Positions 14,801 through 27,385 of a stretch of 64,000 nucleotides of DNA are shown here, piece after piece. The stretch is from Hormiphora californensis (taxonomy: Eukaryota; Animalia; Ctenophora), in NCBI GenBank assembly GCA_020137815.1, contig CM035352.1, positions 2,604,001-2,668,000 on the forward strand, read 5' to 3'. Below the pieces are notes generated by a model. That model was not told the DNA's origin, did no database searches, and saw only the letters and a list, made by a program, of their open reading frames with translations. The first letter of the stretch is position 1, and every line of letters starts with the position of its first letter. The translations under genes were made by a program, and so were the position numbers.

Positions 14801-16488
14801 GTGCCTTTTTTACTAAATTGTAATTCTGTATTTGATTATTGATGTTTTTACTACCAGACTGAAAACTGTTCTTTTACTCTTCTAAATGGGACAGAGAATA
14901 CCAGAATCTCCTACATCTGTCTGGCGACTGTCTGTACTGTCTGACGACTGTCTGTACTCTTCGTTACAACGTTATTCCCAGGAAGTTATATGTGAATAAG
15001 AGTATGAAAAAGTGAAATGTACGTACCGTAACAGAAAGCCCCAGTCCGTCAGGTCCCCGTTGAAGGAGGACAGTTCTTACTAGTCCCTTTCTATAGGGAC
15101 ATTTCTTGATCTCCCCCTTCCGTCTCATGCTGTGGGCGTATATCACTGCCTGTGTGAGGATAGTTATATTAGATTACTGGCAATGGTTTGTTATTGGGAT
15201 GTCGTGAAATGAGGGATGTAGAATGTGTAGGTCTGTATATGCAACAGTGTTGTAAACCACGCTATTTATCACGTACATTTATCAAGTTTTTGTGTACAAC
15301 CTCACCTTGTGACGGTTGAGAGATATCTCAGCCTCGATCGTGTTCCATGTTAGGGTGTTGGGGTGTTTGTCAAGGCCCTGTTGCATCAGTTGTAGTTGTT
15401 GGATTCGACCTATTATCTCCTTATCCATATATTTGATAGTCACCTACAATGTATTGGGTATTAGTGGAAAAGCTACAACTTAATACAAATGTTGGGAATG
15501 TTAATGTTAGATTTTAAGAATTAATGTTGTTGAGATCTACTAACGAACCTTACAGCCACCAAGGTCCTTCATAGCGCTAATATAATCCTGTCTAAGTTGG
15601 GAGTTATCCTTTTTGGCGGAGTCTAGCTGTGCCTGAAGCCACACCTCACGCTCCACTAACATCCTTTGTTGCTCCGCCAAATTGTCCTGGTAGAGGTGTC
15701 AGTATTAGGAAGAATAGAACAATATAGTAGAGATATCAGTATTAGGAAGAATGATTAGGAGGAATAGAACAATATCTTGAGTTACACTAAACTTACAAAT
15801 TGTCCTGGTAGAGGTGCAGTGTCAGTATTAGGAAGAATAGAACAATATCTTTTAGTTTTACTCAAGATATTATCTTGAGTAAAACTAAACTCACAAATAG
15901 TGAGTATCCCCCCCCCCCCCCAATTCGTAAAGTATCCCCCGATGTAGCTAAACTTACAAATCGTAAAGTATCCCCCGATGTAGCTTCGTGAAGTTGTGTT
16001 AATCTCGTTTCATTTTCCTTTTCCAAAACAGCCAAATCCTTTTTTGCATCAGTCATTTCATGCCCCATATTCAACATTTTAGCCTGAAGTAAATGAGTGT
16101 CAACAGGCATCAGTTCAGGAGCTGACATTGCACACATTGTGTAGGTCCATAATGATTCGGCAGAGTAGAGCTATTTACCTCATATTTCAAGTTGTCTTGG
16201 TGTACAGTTTGAGCTAGAGTTTCCAGATTTGTGAACGCTTTCACCATACCAAACACGTGACTTCGTACCTGTAGAAAATCATTGTAGATAAAAGCAGGTA
16301 GTGTATCATTTGTCATGAGTACTGATTTTTCAATACGAACGAATTTTGGAAATTACCTGATTAACAAAGATTTCATGCTCCTTTGATTTAGTGTAGTAGT
16401 CATGCAGCATGTTATCCAACTTAACAAAACTAAGCTGAAACTCCTTCTCAACAGACTCTTGGGAGGGAAACGGGAACCAAGATGACAT
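8878..16488 (-). CDS. GOPC: Golgi-associated PDZ and coiled-coil protein (PIST/CAL)
   Basis: About 11 exons: VEKEFQLSFVKLD; IKYMDKEIIGRIQQLQL..WNTIEAEISLNRHKAVIYA; PDZ GLGLSVT/GGMDHRAPVIISAVIPGKPADR/GGLYVGDAIL; stop TAG at 8878-8880. Confidence 0.9.
9497..10766 (+). mobile_element. ORF1-only non-LTR retroelement (L2/CR1-type ORF1, no ORF2) in a GOPC intron
   Basis: TSD TAAATTATT at 9488-9496 and 10767-10775; (TTA)n tail at 10751-10766; intact ORF at 9538-10506. Confidence 0.85.
9538..10506 (+). CDS. LINE ORF1-like protein (coiled coil + RRM/CTD), 322 aa
   Basis: Coiled coil followed by NNLIVHGL..RLGRFKEGSDRPLKL..VYLSPDRSPEEREERRKVVTELKER..IRGGKVV, the L1/L2/CR1 ORF1 C-terminal signature. 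Confidence 0.85.
   Translation: MSGSTASASSFKDRLRVYSDERVQRSVYGEVQGELFDLVRDLFTHAGAKDSFPKSLTAGRSAWDSLKCPSKSKIKGIKKPELDDFTEKVCRFLVERCYPLLDRLSNEVEDSERRILDSQEELIASQRALVEAQSQLVKLQCQLLEKRDKEITAVQSTAEEEIKTFSSVLKKGCDTALAPKRIRTAITSATEDRMNNLIVHGLFDDKDETSKDLENIVGRMFDYMGERVTGVQSMTRLGRFKEGSDRPLKLHLCGREFRDRILACKSGLKNSEDHKDVYLSPDRSPEEREERRKVVTELKERKVAEPGRNFAIRGGKVVDLED
11266..11345. mobile_element. Tc1/mariner-type MITE fragment
   Basis: TA|CAGTAGGACCCCGATTTACCGGG start with inverted CCGGTAAATTGGGG; related pieces near 33500-33670. Confidence 0.45.
13195..13510. repeat. ~100-110 bp tandem repeat, three copies
   Basis: Repeated CATCTCACTGTG..ACTTCCGATATCGCGGAAAGGTTTTTGCAG..GGTCAAGACTGCG. Confidence 0.85.
14229..14767 (+). 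CDS. Nested antisense three-exon ORF (92 aa, charged/coiled C-terminal part), unknown function
   Basis: Exons 14229-14316, 14466-14519, 14631-14767 with GTAAG donors and YAG acceptors, all in phase: MFDFLTSPDMNGPLIFKNKTKTQELLADY..REKREETEKKRREKEEESKKE..SSGKKK*. Confidence 0.5.
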
Positions 16489-16700
16489 GGCTAACTGGGA
16501 TACTTAAGTCATGTCGTCAAAAAATGGCAATGTGTCAAACTTCTATCTATGTATATCAAAATCATTCACATTTGGGGGCTGATTTATTATCTCGTAACTG
16601 TTGATTATGGTAAAACTGATTATTTCCCATTTTTTAAGGACTTCACCATAATGTCTTCCAAATAAGTATTATCGTATCGTCTATCGCTCTCTAGTCCCTA

Positions 16701-16819
16701 AAGTCCGTTTCAAGCGACTTGACCCGTAATTCTTGGAATTTGGCGCATTGCGTGTGTATTTACAAAGGGGAAATCCTGAATTTCCAGGAATCTCAGGTCA
16801 AGTCGTTTGAAACGCACTT
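16701..16819. mobile_element. 119 bp MITE, AAGT..ACTT termini, TA TSD (copy 1)
   Basis: TIR AAGT(C/G)CGTTTCAA(G/A)CGACTTGACC; other copies at 24076-24194, 42206-42324 and a partial at ~19935-19994. Confidence 0.85.
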
Positions 16820-17461
16820 TAGTCCCTGCTCTGTGCTGATTGTTACAATGACATCATTAGAACGGTTCGGTGAAGCTAGACAGCTGAGTCAGCCGTCTAT
16901 CGTCACCTCTATGCCCCGCGGGGCTACTGCCAGCCCCGTCTCTACTCCCTACAGCTGACAAGTGACAGCCCGTGACAATAAATTCTTTCTCGGAATATGC
17001 TAAAGGCCCCTCGGTAGTTAAGAGATTTCCATCGGCATACGCTACAGAGTACAGGCCTCTACAGTCTACACTCTACAGCCCAGGCGCCACTCTCCAGTCA
17101 CCAGTGCACACCAACGTCTTTTTACTTGGCAAACGCTGCTGGCGCGGCGCCACATGCAGCGTGGGATAAGGTTGGCAAACGCCGCTGGCCCCCCACGGGA
17201 TAAGACAGCGCATTTCAAGGGATAAGGCAGCGCTTTTCAGTTTTTTTTACACGAAAACAACTTTCAAAAACAACTTTCAAAAAAGAAGCAGGACTGGGCC
17301 CTGGACTTCAATAAAAACGGCGCCGCGCTACGCGTTAAATAGTAGCGCGCGATTGTTGAAAAGTTTAGCGCTGCCGCGCGCGAAAAAATAAAAAAACTCA
17401 AAGATCACGCGACGTCACTTTTTTAATTTTTTTTATCAAGTTTACAAGTTTACAAAGTTTA

Positions 17462-18049
17462 TTGGAATGCGCTGCAGCCCCCTCATGCGCGCACCCCCGC
17501 AACGAGGGGACTGAAGGGAATGCCGCGCGCGCGTTTGGCCTGAGCTCAGGACGGGCCCGGCTGGGTCGAAGATAACTTTGCGAGCGAAAAAACGGCGGTG
17601 CTTATAACTTTGGCCCCTGAAGTCCGTTTGACTTGATTCTTTCACTAGCTGTTAGATCTGACAATTATCTACCTTGCTGTTTTTGAGAGAAGTTAATTGG
17701 ACTTGAGGAGGCTGAGCAATAGCCGTTCAAAGATTGGTTGTTTTCAAAAAGTGACGTCACAGATCCCTGCAGGGACACTTTTGTTTCAAATTTGAATTAA
17801 AATCTCGAATTTTTTATTTTACCGCACTCGATTTTGCGGAGTTTGGTTCATATCTCCTGTTCCTGATAAGATAGAGACCTGAAACCGGTTGCATTTGAAA
17901 GCTGTTATCTTCCTCTTTCCAACGCTACCAAAACGATTTCTGTACCTTATCTGGAACCGGAGATATGATTGATTATGTATTCCCCCCCAGCGCGGTATTC
18001 CCTCCAGGCCCCTTATATTATATTATAAGGGGCCTGCAACGTATGCCAA
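17462..18049. mobile_element. MITE with 9 bp TSD (Mutator-like)
   Basis: CAAAGTTTA at 17453-17461 and 18050-18058; imperfect TIR TTGGAATGCGCTGCAGCCCC / GGGGCCTGCAACGTATGCCAA. Confidence 0.65.
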
Positions 18050-18172
18050 CAAAGTTTACAAATAAAGTTATGGTGATACACATAACACAACAGATCTTCC
18101 CTTTATGGGTCCACCTAAATAAAAATCAAAATAATCGTCTCCTCACGCCCTATCTCTAGACACATACAGCAC

Positions 18173-18935
18173 ATTGAGGGGAAATATCGTTGGGAACTGA
18201 CGAGTGACGGGTAACCTCTGACAGGGGGACGGTCATAAAAGCCTGTCAAGTAATTGCCCAGGGATGATTTGAATTGACCTAAGCTTCCGCAAGAGTTAAT
18301 GGCCGCTGGCAACCTGTTCCACAGGTGAGCAGCTCTCGGACCGAAGGAAGAATGGAACTGATTCGCTCTCCAGGTCTCAGCCCGATATGGAAACGGTGGT
18401 GGGACTAACCTCATACCCAACCTTGCACTGTGTTGGAACACAAGGTTTGCTGAATTCGGAACAAACCCATGGATCGTCTTCCACACATGTATCAACATAT
18501 AACGTTGTCTTCTGCGTTGAAGAGACATCAGGTTGAGAACTTTTAATCTTCCCCAATAATCATGATTCTGCATTCCCTCGAGACGTCTTGTAAAACACCT
18601 TTGAACGTTCTCAATTGACTTGATGTCACCAGCCTTTGTTGGGTTCCAGACCAGGCAACAATACTCCAAAATTGGTCTGACCAGTGATTTGAAGAGTTGT
18701 AACATTACCTCTGGCGACCGGTCTCGAAAAACACTGAAAATCCACCCAGATAGAAGAGAGGCTTTCCGCACAATGATAGAAATGTGCTTAGACCACGAGC
18801 CATCTGAAGACATCTGAACACCCAAGTCACGGACATCGGGTTCGGGAATCAGTTGAACTCCAGAGTCTGTAGTGTACGAACTCATTTCAGTTGAAAAAGG
18901 AAGTTCCTTGAAGATTGCTGATTTGTTACATGATA
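18173..18935 (-). mobile_element. CR1-type LINE ORF2 3' fragment (copy 1)
   Basis: VRDLGV..FKSLVRPILEYCCLVWNP..IENVQRCFTRR..LMSLQRRR..LWNRLP..FKSSL, the CR1 RT C-terminal region. Confidence 0.9.
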
Positions 18936-19392
18936 ATCCAGGTATGGAAGATACTTCACGAGATGGTACCAAACAGCACGAATATATCCTTCTACAACCA
19001 CCTTCGCCATGGACCAAAGGCCCATCTCCCACAAATCCATCACACTGCTCAAAAATCAGTCCAGACTCTTCGAGAGGAATCTTTTGGGATACGAGCTATC
19101 CAACTCTTCAACAGGATGCCGACATCAGTTCGTCTATCTACATCTGTTGACAACCTAAAAGTCAATCTGGGCAGATTTCTCGACACCCTTCCGGACAGAC
19201 CTCCGGTCACAGGATACCACACAACTGGGGACAACTCGCTCTTTAGTCTGCTGACGGAAGGCAAGTAACTTCATTCCCACTTATCACAACACTTCACGTG
19301 GATGCTTAGGCTGAGTGCGTGGTATTATTTTGACTATTTATTGTGTACAATACCAAAACTTATTTGTAATTCTTGTAATTCTTGTAATTCTT
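18927..19392 (+). mobile_element. Second, different CR1-type LINE 3' end in opposite orientation (copy 1)
   Basis: YMIIQVWKILH..SFGIRAIQLFNRMP..LDTLPDRPPVTGY..NSL*, followed by a UTR and (TTGTAATTC)3. Confidence 0.8.
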
Positions 19393-22132
19393 GTTCAGTC
19401 TATAACTCAAGAGCTGAAACTTTTGATCATTTCTTTATTTTGAATTTTCCTGTTTCCAACTTTCTCCTCAATTTTTACTTTTCACAGCTGATGCCTGATA
19501 AGACATAATATATAAGTGATAAGCCAATATACTCCATTTTTTTTTCAACTGTTCGTGCGCGGAATTGTTTTGACTTTTGCATGTCTATCACATGTTAACG
19601 TGTAGCGCGTGCCACGAAAATTCTAAATTTCACTGAAATTTCAATTTTGGGTGAACAGTTGAAAAAAAATGGACTTTATATCTGTGTTGCATGATTCAAT
19701 TGATAATTTAAACAAGAAAAAAAAGAATATTGCGATCCGCATCGGGCGCATCCGCCACGACGAGCGTCTCGGAAAAAGAGCGAAAGCACCAACATGCCCT
19801 ACGAAGTACGCATTACGACATGTACACAAAAATCGACGCCACGATTTGCTTTAAGAGCGATCAGCGACCATCGGGTGACAGTTCGATAAAAACCATTTCT
19901 AAATGAAACTGTAATTTGGAATTGGCGTTGGTGATTACAAAGGGGAAATCCTGAATTTCCAGGAATCTCAGGTCAAGTCGTTTGAAACGCACTTTAGTCC
20001 CTGCTCTGTGCTGATTGTTACAATGACATCATTAGAACGGTTCGGTGAAGCTAGACAGCTGAGTCAGCCGTCTATCGTCACCTCTATGCCCCGCGGGGCT
20101 ACTGCCAGCCCCGTCCCTACTCCCTACAGCTGACAAGTGACAGCCCGTGACAATAAATTCTTTCTCAGAATATGCTAAAGGCCCCTCGGTAGTTAAGAGA
20201 TTTCCATCGGCATACGCTACAGAGTACAGGCCTCTACAGTCTACACTCTACAGCCCAGGCGCCACTCTCCAGTCACCAGTGCACACCAACGTCTTTTTAC
20301 TTGGCAAACGCTGCTGGCGCGGCGCCACATGCAGCGTGGGATATACTCCATTTTTTTTCAACTGTTCACCCCCCAAAGTCGTGCGCGGAATTGTTTTGCG
20401 CGTCTATCACATGTTAACGTGTAGCGCGCGCCACAAAAATTCTAAATTTCACTGAAATTTCGATTTTGGGTGAACAGTTGAAAAAAAATGGACTTTAGTC
20501 TTTAAGGTTGGCAAACGCCGCTGGCCCCCCACGGGATAAGACAGCGCATTTCAAGGGATAAGGCAGCGCTTTTCAGTTTTTTTTACACGAAAACAACTTT
20601 CAAAAACAACTTTCAAAAACAACTTTCAAAAAAGAAGCAAGACTGGGCCCTGGACTTCAATAAAAACGGCGCCGCGCTACGCGTTAAATAGTAGCGCGCG
20701 ATTGTTGAAAAGTTTAGCGCTGCCGCGCGCGAAAAAATAAAAAACTCAAAGATCACGCGACGTCCATTTTTTAATTTTTTTTATCGATTTCTTTATTTTG
20801 AATTTTCCAACTTTCTCTTCTGTTTACTTTTCACAGCTGATACCTGATAAGACATAATATATAAGTGATAAGCCAATATACTCCATTTTTTTTTCAACTG
20901 TTCACCCCCCCAAAGTCGTGCGCGGAATTGTTTTGCGTGTCTATCACATTCTATCCATATAGTTATTAGATCATTGTTTCTGTGCCTACTGTCCATCTCA
21001 GTCGCAAGCCCGCTTTAGGTAACTGCTGAAGCTCTAAGCCTCTCAGCCTTGTAGGATATACATATACTTATTTGTATATGTCTATAGTGTGAGAGCGGGA
21101 CGAGTCACTTATATACAGTCCCACAGTGTGTACCCACTTTTATCTATCTACTGTTTCTGAATGGACTGCCGCATAAGAAGGCTGGCTTAAGAGCTCTGGC
21201 GTTTTAATTATGAGTTTTTCTCTCTGTTTTTTTGCGTTTATCTCTTAGCTATATTGAGTCAATTTGCGGGGTATCAAATGTAAAAATTGAATTGAATTGA
21301 ATTGACTCAAATATAAATATTGAAGTTCATTTTCATTTTCATCATTAACGTGTAGCGCGCGCCACGAAAATTCTAAATTTCACTGAAATTTCAATTTTGG
21401 GTGAACAGTTGAAAAAAAAATGGACTTTATATCTGTGTTGCATGATTCAATTGATAATTTAAACAAGAAAAAAAAGAATATTGCGATCCGCATCGGGCGC
21501 ATCCGCCACGGCGAGCGTCTCGGAAAAATAGCGATGCCGGACCGCCCCCGGTACCTGGATATACCAGACAAAACAATAACTCAATTCTGGACTGGAAACA
21601 TCTTGTATCCAGGGAGGGGGAGGCTCTGTGAGGAGCTGACACCGGTGCAGCATCTGTGCAAAGTTATTTACAAGATTACAAGAAAGCACCAACATGCCCT
21701 ACGAAGTACGCATTACGACATGTACACAAAAATCGACGCCACGAAGTATCATTAATCATAGCTCCTTTGCTTTAAGAGCGATCAGCGACCCGATTTGAAG
21801 TTAAGAAATGTAATAAATGAGGTATCTGCAGTCTGCTGAGTGCTGACCTAGTTCGATAAAGAGTTTTTAAATCATTAGCTTCGCATTTTTCTAAATGAAA
21901 CTTAAAGGACTTAATGAAATAAATTCATTATAAAATATAAGAGCTAAATGGTGCCAGTCTCTCCGACTTCCCCCTTCGCTCGTACCGCTCCAAGATTGAA
22001 TTCCCATTCTAGTTGTACCTAGCAGATAGCTTCTAGTTATCTGTGCACGAGAAGAAGGGGCGACAACTTCAAAATATCCGACTTAATGTTTATTGCCTTG
22101 AATTCGTTGCTACCGACAAATCTATTCACCCA

Positions 22133-23830
22133 ATTGAGGGGAAATATCGTTGGGAACTGACGAGTGACGGGTAACCTCTGACAGGGGGACGGTCATAAAA
22201 GCCTGTCAAGTAATTGCCCAGGGATGATTTGAATTGACCTAAGCTTCCGCAAGAGTTAATGGCCGCTGGCAACCTGTTCCACAGGTGAGCAGCTCTCGGA
22301 CCGAAGGAAGAATGGAACTGATTCGCTCTCCAGGTCTCAGCCCGATATGGAAACGGTGGTGGGACTAACCTCATACCCAACCTTGCACTGTGTTGGAACA
22401 CAAGGTTTGCTGAATTCGGAACAAACCCATGGATCGTCTTCCACACATGTATCAACATATAACGTTGTCTTCTGCGTTGAAGAGACATCAGGTTGAGAAC
22501 TTTTAATCTTCCCCAATAATCATGATTCTGCATTCCCTCGAGACGTCTTGTAAAACACCTTTGAACGTTCTCAATTGACTTGATGTCACCAGCCTTTGTT
22601 GGGTTCCAGACCAGGCAACAATACTCCAAAATTGGTCTGACCAGTGATTTGAAGAGTTGTAACATTACCTCTGGCGACCGGTCTCGAAAAACACTGAAAA
22701 TCCACCCAGATAGAAGAGAGGCTTTCCGCACAATGATAGAAATGTGCTTAGACCACGAGCCATCTGAAGACATCTGAACACCCAAGTCACGGACATCGGG
22801 TTCGGGAATCAGTTGAACTCCAGAGTCTGTAGTGTACGAACTCATTTCAGTTGAAAAAGGAAGTTCCTTGAAGATTGCTGATTTGTTACATGATAATCCA
22901 GGTATGGAAGATACTTCACGAGATGGTACCAAACAGCACGAATATATCCTTCTACAACCACCTTCGCCATGGACCAAAGGCCCATCTCCCACAAATCCAT
23001 CACACTGCTCAAAAATCAGTCCAGACTCTTCGAGAGGAATCTTTTGGGATACGAGCTATCCAACTCTTCAACAGGATGCCGACATCAGTTCGTCTATCTA
23101 CATCTGTTGACAACCTAAAAGTCAATCTGGGCAGATTTCTCGACACCCTTCCGGACAGACCTCCGGTCACAGGATACCACACAACTGGGGACAACTCGCT
23201 CTTTAGTCTGCTGACGGAAGGCAAGTAACTTTCATTCCCACTTATCACAACACTTCACGTGGATGCTTAGGCTGAGTGCGTGGTATTATTTTGACTATTT
23301 ATTGTGTACAATACCAAAACTTATTTGTAATTCTTGTAATTCTTGTAATTCTTGTTCAGTCTATAACTCAAGAGCTGAAACTTTTGATCATTTCTTTATT
23401 TTGAATTTTCCTGTTTCCAACTTTCTCCTCAATTTTTACTTTTCACAGCTGATGCCTGATAAGACATAATATATAAGTGATAAGCCAATATACTCCATTT
23501 TTTTTTCAACTGTTCGTGCGCGGAATTGTTTTGACTTTTGCATGTCTATCACATGTTAACGTGTAGCGCGTGCCACGAAAATTCTAAATTTCACTGAAAT
23601 TTCAATTTTGGGTGAACAGTTGAAAAAAAATGGACTTTATATCTGTGTTGCATGATTCAATTGATAATTTAAACAAGAAAAAAAAGAATATTGCGATCCG
23701 CATCGGGCGCATCCGCCACGACGAGCGTCTCGGAAAAAGAGCGAAAGCACCAACATGCCCTACGAAGTACGCATTACGACATGTACACAAAAATCGACGC
23801 CACGATTTGCTTTAAGAGCGATCAGCGACC
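22133..23830. repeat. Near-identical 1.7 kb duplicate of 18173-19869 (both CR1 fragments plus MITE pieces)
   Basis: Identical ORF translations in both blocks; one 1-nt indel seen near 23230. Confidence 0.92.
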
Positions 23831-24075
23831 CGATTTGAAGTTAAGAAATGTAATAAATGAGGTATCTGCAGTCTGCTGAGTGCTGACCTAGTTCGATAAA
23901 GAGTTTTTAAATCATTAGCTTCGCATTTTTCTAAATGAAACTTAAAGGACTTAATGAAATAAATTCATTATAAAATATAAGAGCTAAATGGTGCCAGTCT
24001 CTCCGACTTCCCCCTTCGCTCGTACCGCTCCAAGATTGAATTCCCATTCTAGTTGTACCTAGCAGATAGCTTCTA

Positions 24076-24194
24076 AAGTCCGTTTCAAGCGACTTGACCC
24101 GTAATTCTTGGAATTTGGCGCATTGCGCGTGTATTTACAAAGGGGAAATCCTGAATTTCCAGGAATCTCAGGTCAAGTCGTTTGAAACGCACTT
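24076..24194. mobile_element. 119 bp AAGT..ACTT MITE with a demonstrable empty site
   Basis: Filled: GCTTC-TA-[element]-TA-GTTATC. Empty paralogous site GCTTCTAGTTATC at 22029-22041. Confidence 0.9.
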
Positions 24195-24582
24195 TAGTTA
24201 TCTGTGCACGAGAAGAAGGGGCGACAACTTCAAAATATCCGACTTAATGTTTATTGCCTTGAATTCGTTTTTACCCACAAATCTATTCAGAAAAGAAACT
24301 AACAGAACCATTGCCAAGTATTCTTCTTTTTTTCAACTGTTCACTCCACAAAGTCGTGCGTGGAATTGTTTTGCACGTTTATCACATGTTAACGTGTAGC
24401 GTGCGCCAAAAAATTCTAAATTTTCAGTTCTTGGGGGAACAGTTGAAAAAAAAAGGACTTGTACCTTCAAGCTTCATTATATTTCGCTGAAAACCCTAAT
24501 CAAATTGTTTTGTCTAGCCATGGTTGGGCGATAACATTCTAAGGTGAATTCGTCCCTTCCACTGTTTATGTGCAGAAGCACG

Positions 24583-26804
24583 ATGGATCTAACTGGTACG
24601 TGATATTAAAATTTAGTGGTAGAATTTGTATGATTTGTTGATCCTGTATTTAGTAGAAAATTGGGACAAAAAGGGACAACCATAATTTAATCATTCTCTC
24701 TCCCTCAGGTATGCTAATAATCAAGGCAAGGTTGGGAGAGGAAGTCAGGAGGATTCCCATACACAATGAGGATATAACTTACGATGAGCTACTCCTCATG
24801 TTATCTCGCTTGTTTCCCAAACATCTCCGATCTACGGATGATGTCACACTAAAGTACATGGATGAAGATGGAGATCTCATTACCATCGCAGATGGAAGTG
24901 ACCTCATGTACGCCAAGGCGTATAGTAGGACCCTCAAATTGACAATATTTGGTGAGTTCTTCAGACTAATGCACTTATCTGAGTATTACATCGCAGACTC
25001 TGACCTCGGTATTTGATGATGAAACTTTTTCTGGGAACAAGGAGGACATTTTACTTACTCCAAATAGTACTTGTGTAATATGTGATGTTTACACCCTCTT
25101 TTTACCACCAGTGAAGGGTAGAGAGGTCCCGGCGGTAGATCTGGGAACTGTCCGTGAAATGAGGAGGGAGTTAGTGGAACTGAGAGATCGGATTAACAGG
25201 ATTGTAGATCGTCTTGAGGATGTGTACCCTGAGCCTACACCCACTCAACCCCCACCCAAACAACCCGGTAATTGTTATTTCATCAACTTATATTTTCCTT
25301 TCCCCTATTTTTCCACAGCCAAGTTGTTTTGGTATTCTCAATGATGAGGCACCATTACTATTTTTGTTAAAATTAGATAATAGTCCCCTATCAGGAAGGT
25401 CCCCTCTCTAAATCCCCCTTATCTACAGTATCGGAGACAGCTGCTGCCACGGTAAAAGGGTCGGTGAAACTTGACCCTGCAACGACCGCCGAATTTGATC
25501 CTCTAAACAGGAGCAGTAGCAGCAGTAGTAAGGTTGTTAAACATGAGCTGATAAACCCTGTAGCTCCTGCAAATACACCAGCTACCAATGTAAGAGTGGG
25601 AGTTAGTATATCTCTGTTACCAGGGAAACGGTCTTATGACGTCATGACGTCATCAAGAAAGATCGTGACGTCACTAACCCAGCTTTCCACCCCGCAGAGT
25701 GCCACAGCCACGTTCCAAGGAGCTGGAAAAGGTAAACCAGAGCCAGAGAAACAGACAGTATCTGTATGTCCTCAACCCCCAACCCAACAACACCAACCTC
25801 CTCCAATGCAGTCAGCCAGCCCTCAGCAGCAGGTGGGTGGGGTGTATCAGTATCATAGGAGTAACCCTGCACCACCATCCCCTCACCATCACGTTATGGT
25901 AGGTGTCAGCTAGCTCCATGCTGGGGTGTGTCTCTCTCTCTCTCTCTCTCTCTCTCGTGCGCTGGAGGGGGTAGACTATCTTGTGTGCTGAACAACTGTA
26001 GGGGGTTGTGGTCAACATAAAATTTAGGGTGATGTTTGGGGGTTAGAGAGCTGTTCTAGCTACCTTTGTGTAAGAGGAGTAATAATACGCTGTTTTCATG
26101 CTACCTGTATACATTCTACAACACCTGGTATTCCCCTCCTATAGGTTGGAACCCCTGTAGCCCCACAACAACAACAACAACAACAGCAAGCAGCAGAGTG
26201 CCCCTACCCAGCAGCCCCCTGTTAACTACCCCTATGGACCCCCTCCAACCCATCCCCCTACTAGTTCCCAGATGCCCATGAACCCTGGGCAGGGGATGCC
26301 TCCTAATGCGGTACGTAGTCATTGTGTTCGTTCAGGTGTATATCGAATGATGCCTCAAGGTTGCAAGGTTTTTACCTATCCGTTGAACTAGATGCAAATG
26401 AGGTCAACTTTTGAGTCGCTTGACACTGTGTGTATGAACAATTCAAGTCAACTCTAGCATCGGACATGTAAGCGCGCAGCTATCACTAGTTTTACACCCT
26501 CCCTTGTGATGCAAAGACCCCTCTTTTCGCGCAGATTTTGCACACTGACTGGCTGAACAAACGTAAACACTGTCTGTTTCAAGACTGTTTACAGTGTCAA
26601 CAGATGTCAGATAGACGGCGATTTATTGCCACCCAGTATAATTCTAACACCCTCTATTTCTCTCAGTATCCAGGACAGTACCCACCAATGCAGAACTACT
26701 ATCATGGGACCCAGCCCCCGACAAGTACAAGAAACCCGTATCCACCCCCAACTGGATACCCGCACGGCTACCCCCCGTCTAGTTACCCTCCATCCTCCTA
26801 CTAG
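24583..26804 (+). CDS. TFG: TRK-fused gene protein (PB1, coiled coil, P/Q-rich tail)
   Basis: MDLTG|[51 protein letters not shown]; [20 protein letters not shown]; TAEFDPL motif; P/Q/Y-rich tail with NPY ending at 26804. Confidence 0.93.
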
Positions 26805-27385
26805 AGATAACACCAAGTGTGTGATTGAACTATTATTATACTTGGAGAGATGGACTTTGTGAGATGGACAGGCGATTACTGTCCCCGGCCAAAGTAGTAG
26901 ACTACATTAGTAATGACTCGGAATCAATAAACGTGCTGTATGGCGGCGCCCATACCCCAATTTGATTCTCAAATAATCTGAGCGCTCAGATGGGGTCGGC
27001 GGCGCCAGACAGTAAACGTGTGTGATTTTCTTCTTGGTGAAATACGTGATTTTTCGTTTAGTATCGTTTTGACAACAATCCCCATGTTAAATATATACAC
27101 AACTCTTTATTTTGTTTGTACAACTGTAAACTTGTTATTTTACATTCGTTCCATACATAAATACACACCTCGACTGTGAAACGCACGAAAATCTGGCGTA
27201 GGGTTTTCACTCGCAGGTTAACTGACATATAAACATCTCTACATCACTGTCAATATCATTATCAGACTTCCTAGATAACAACTGCTGCACATCATAGTCA
27301 ATCTTGTAGAAATATGGGGTCATGATCCATATATTCACACTAATAAAACATCGTTCTGAACTGACACATATATAAATAATAACTA

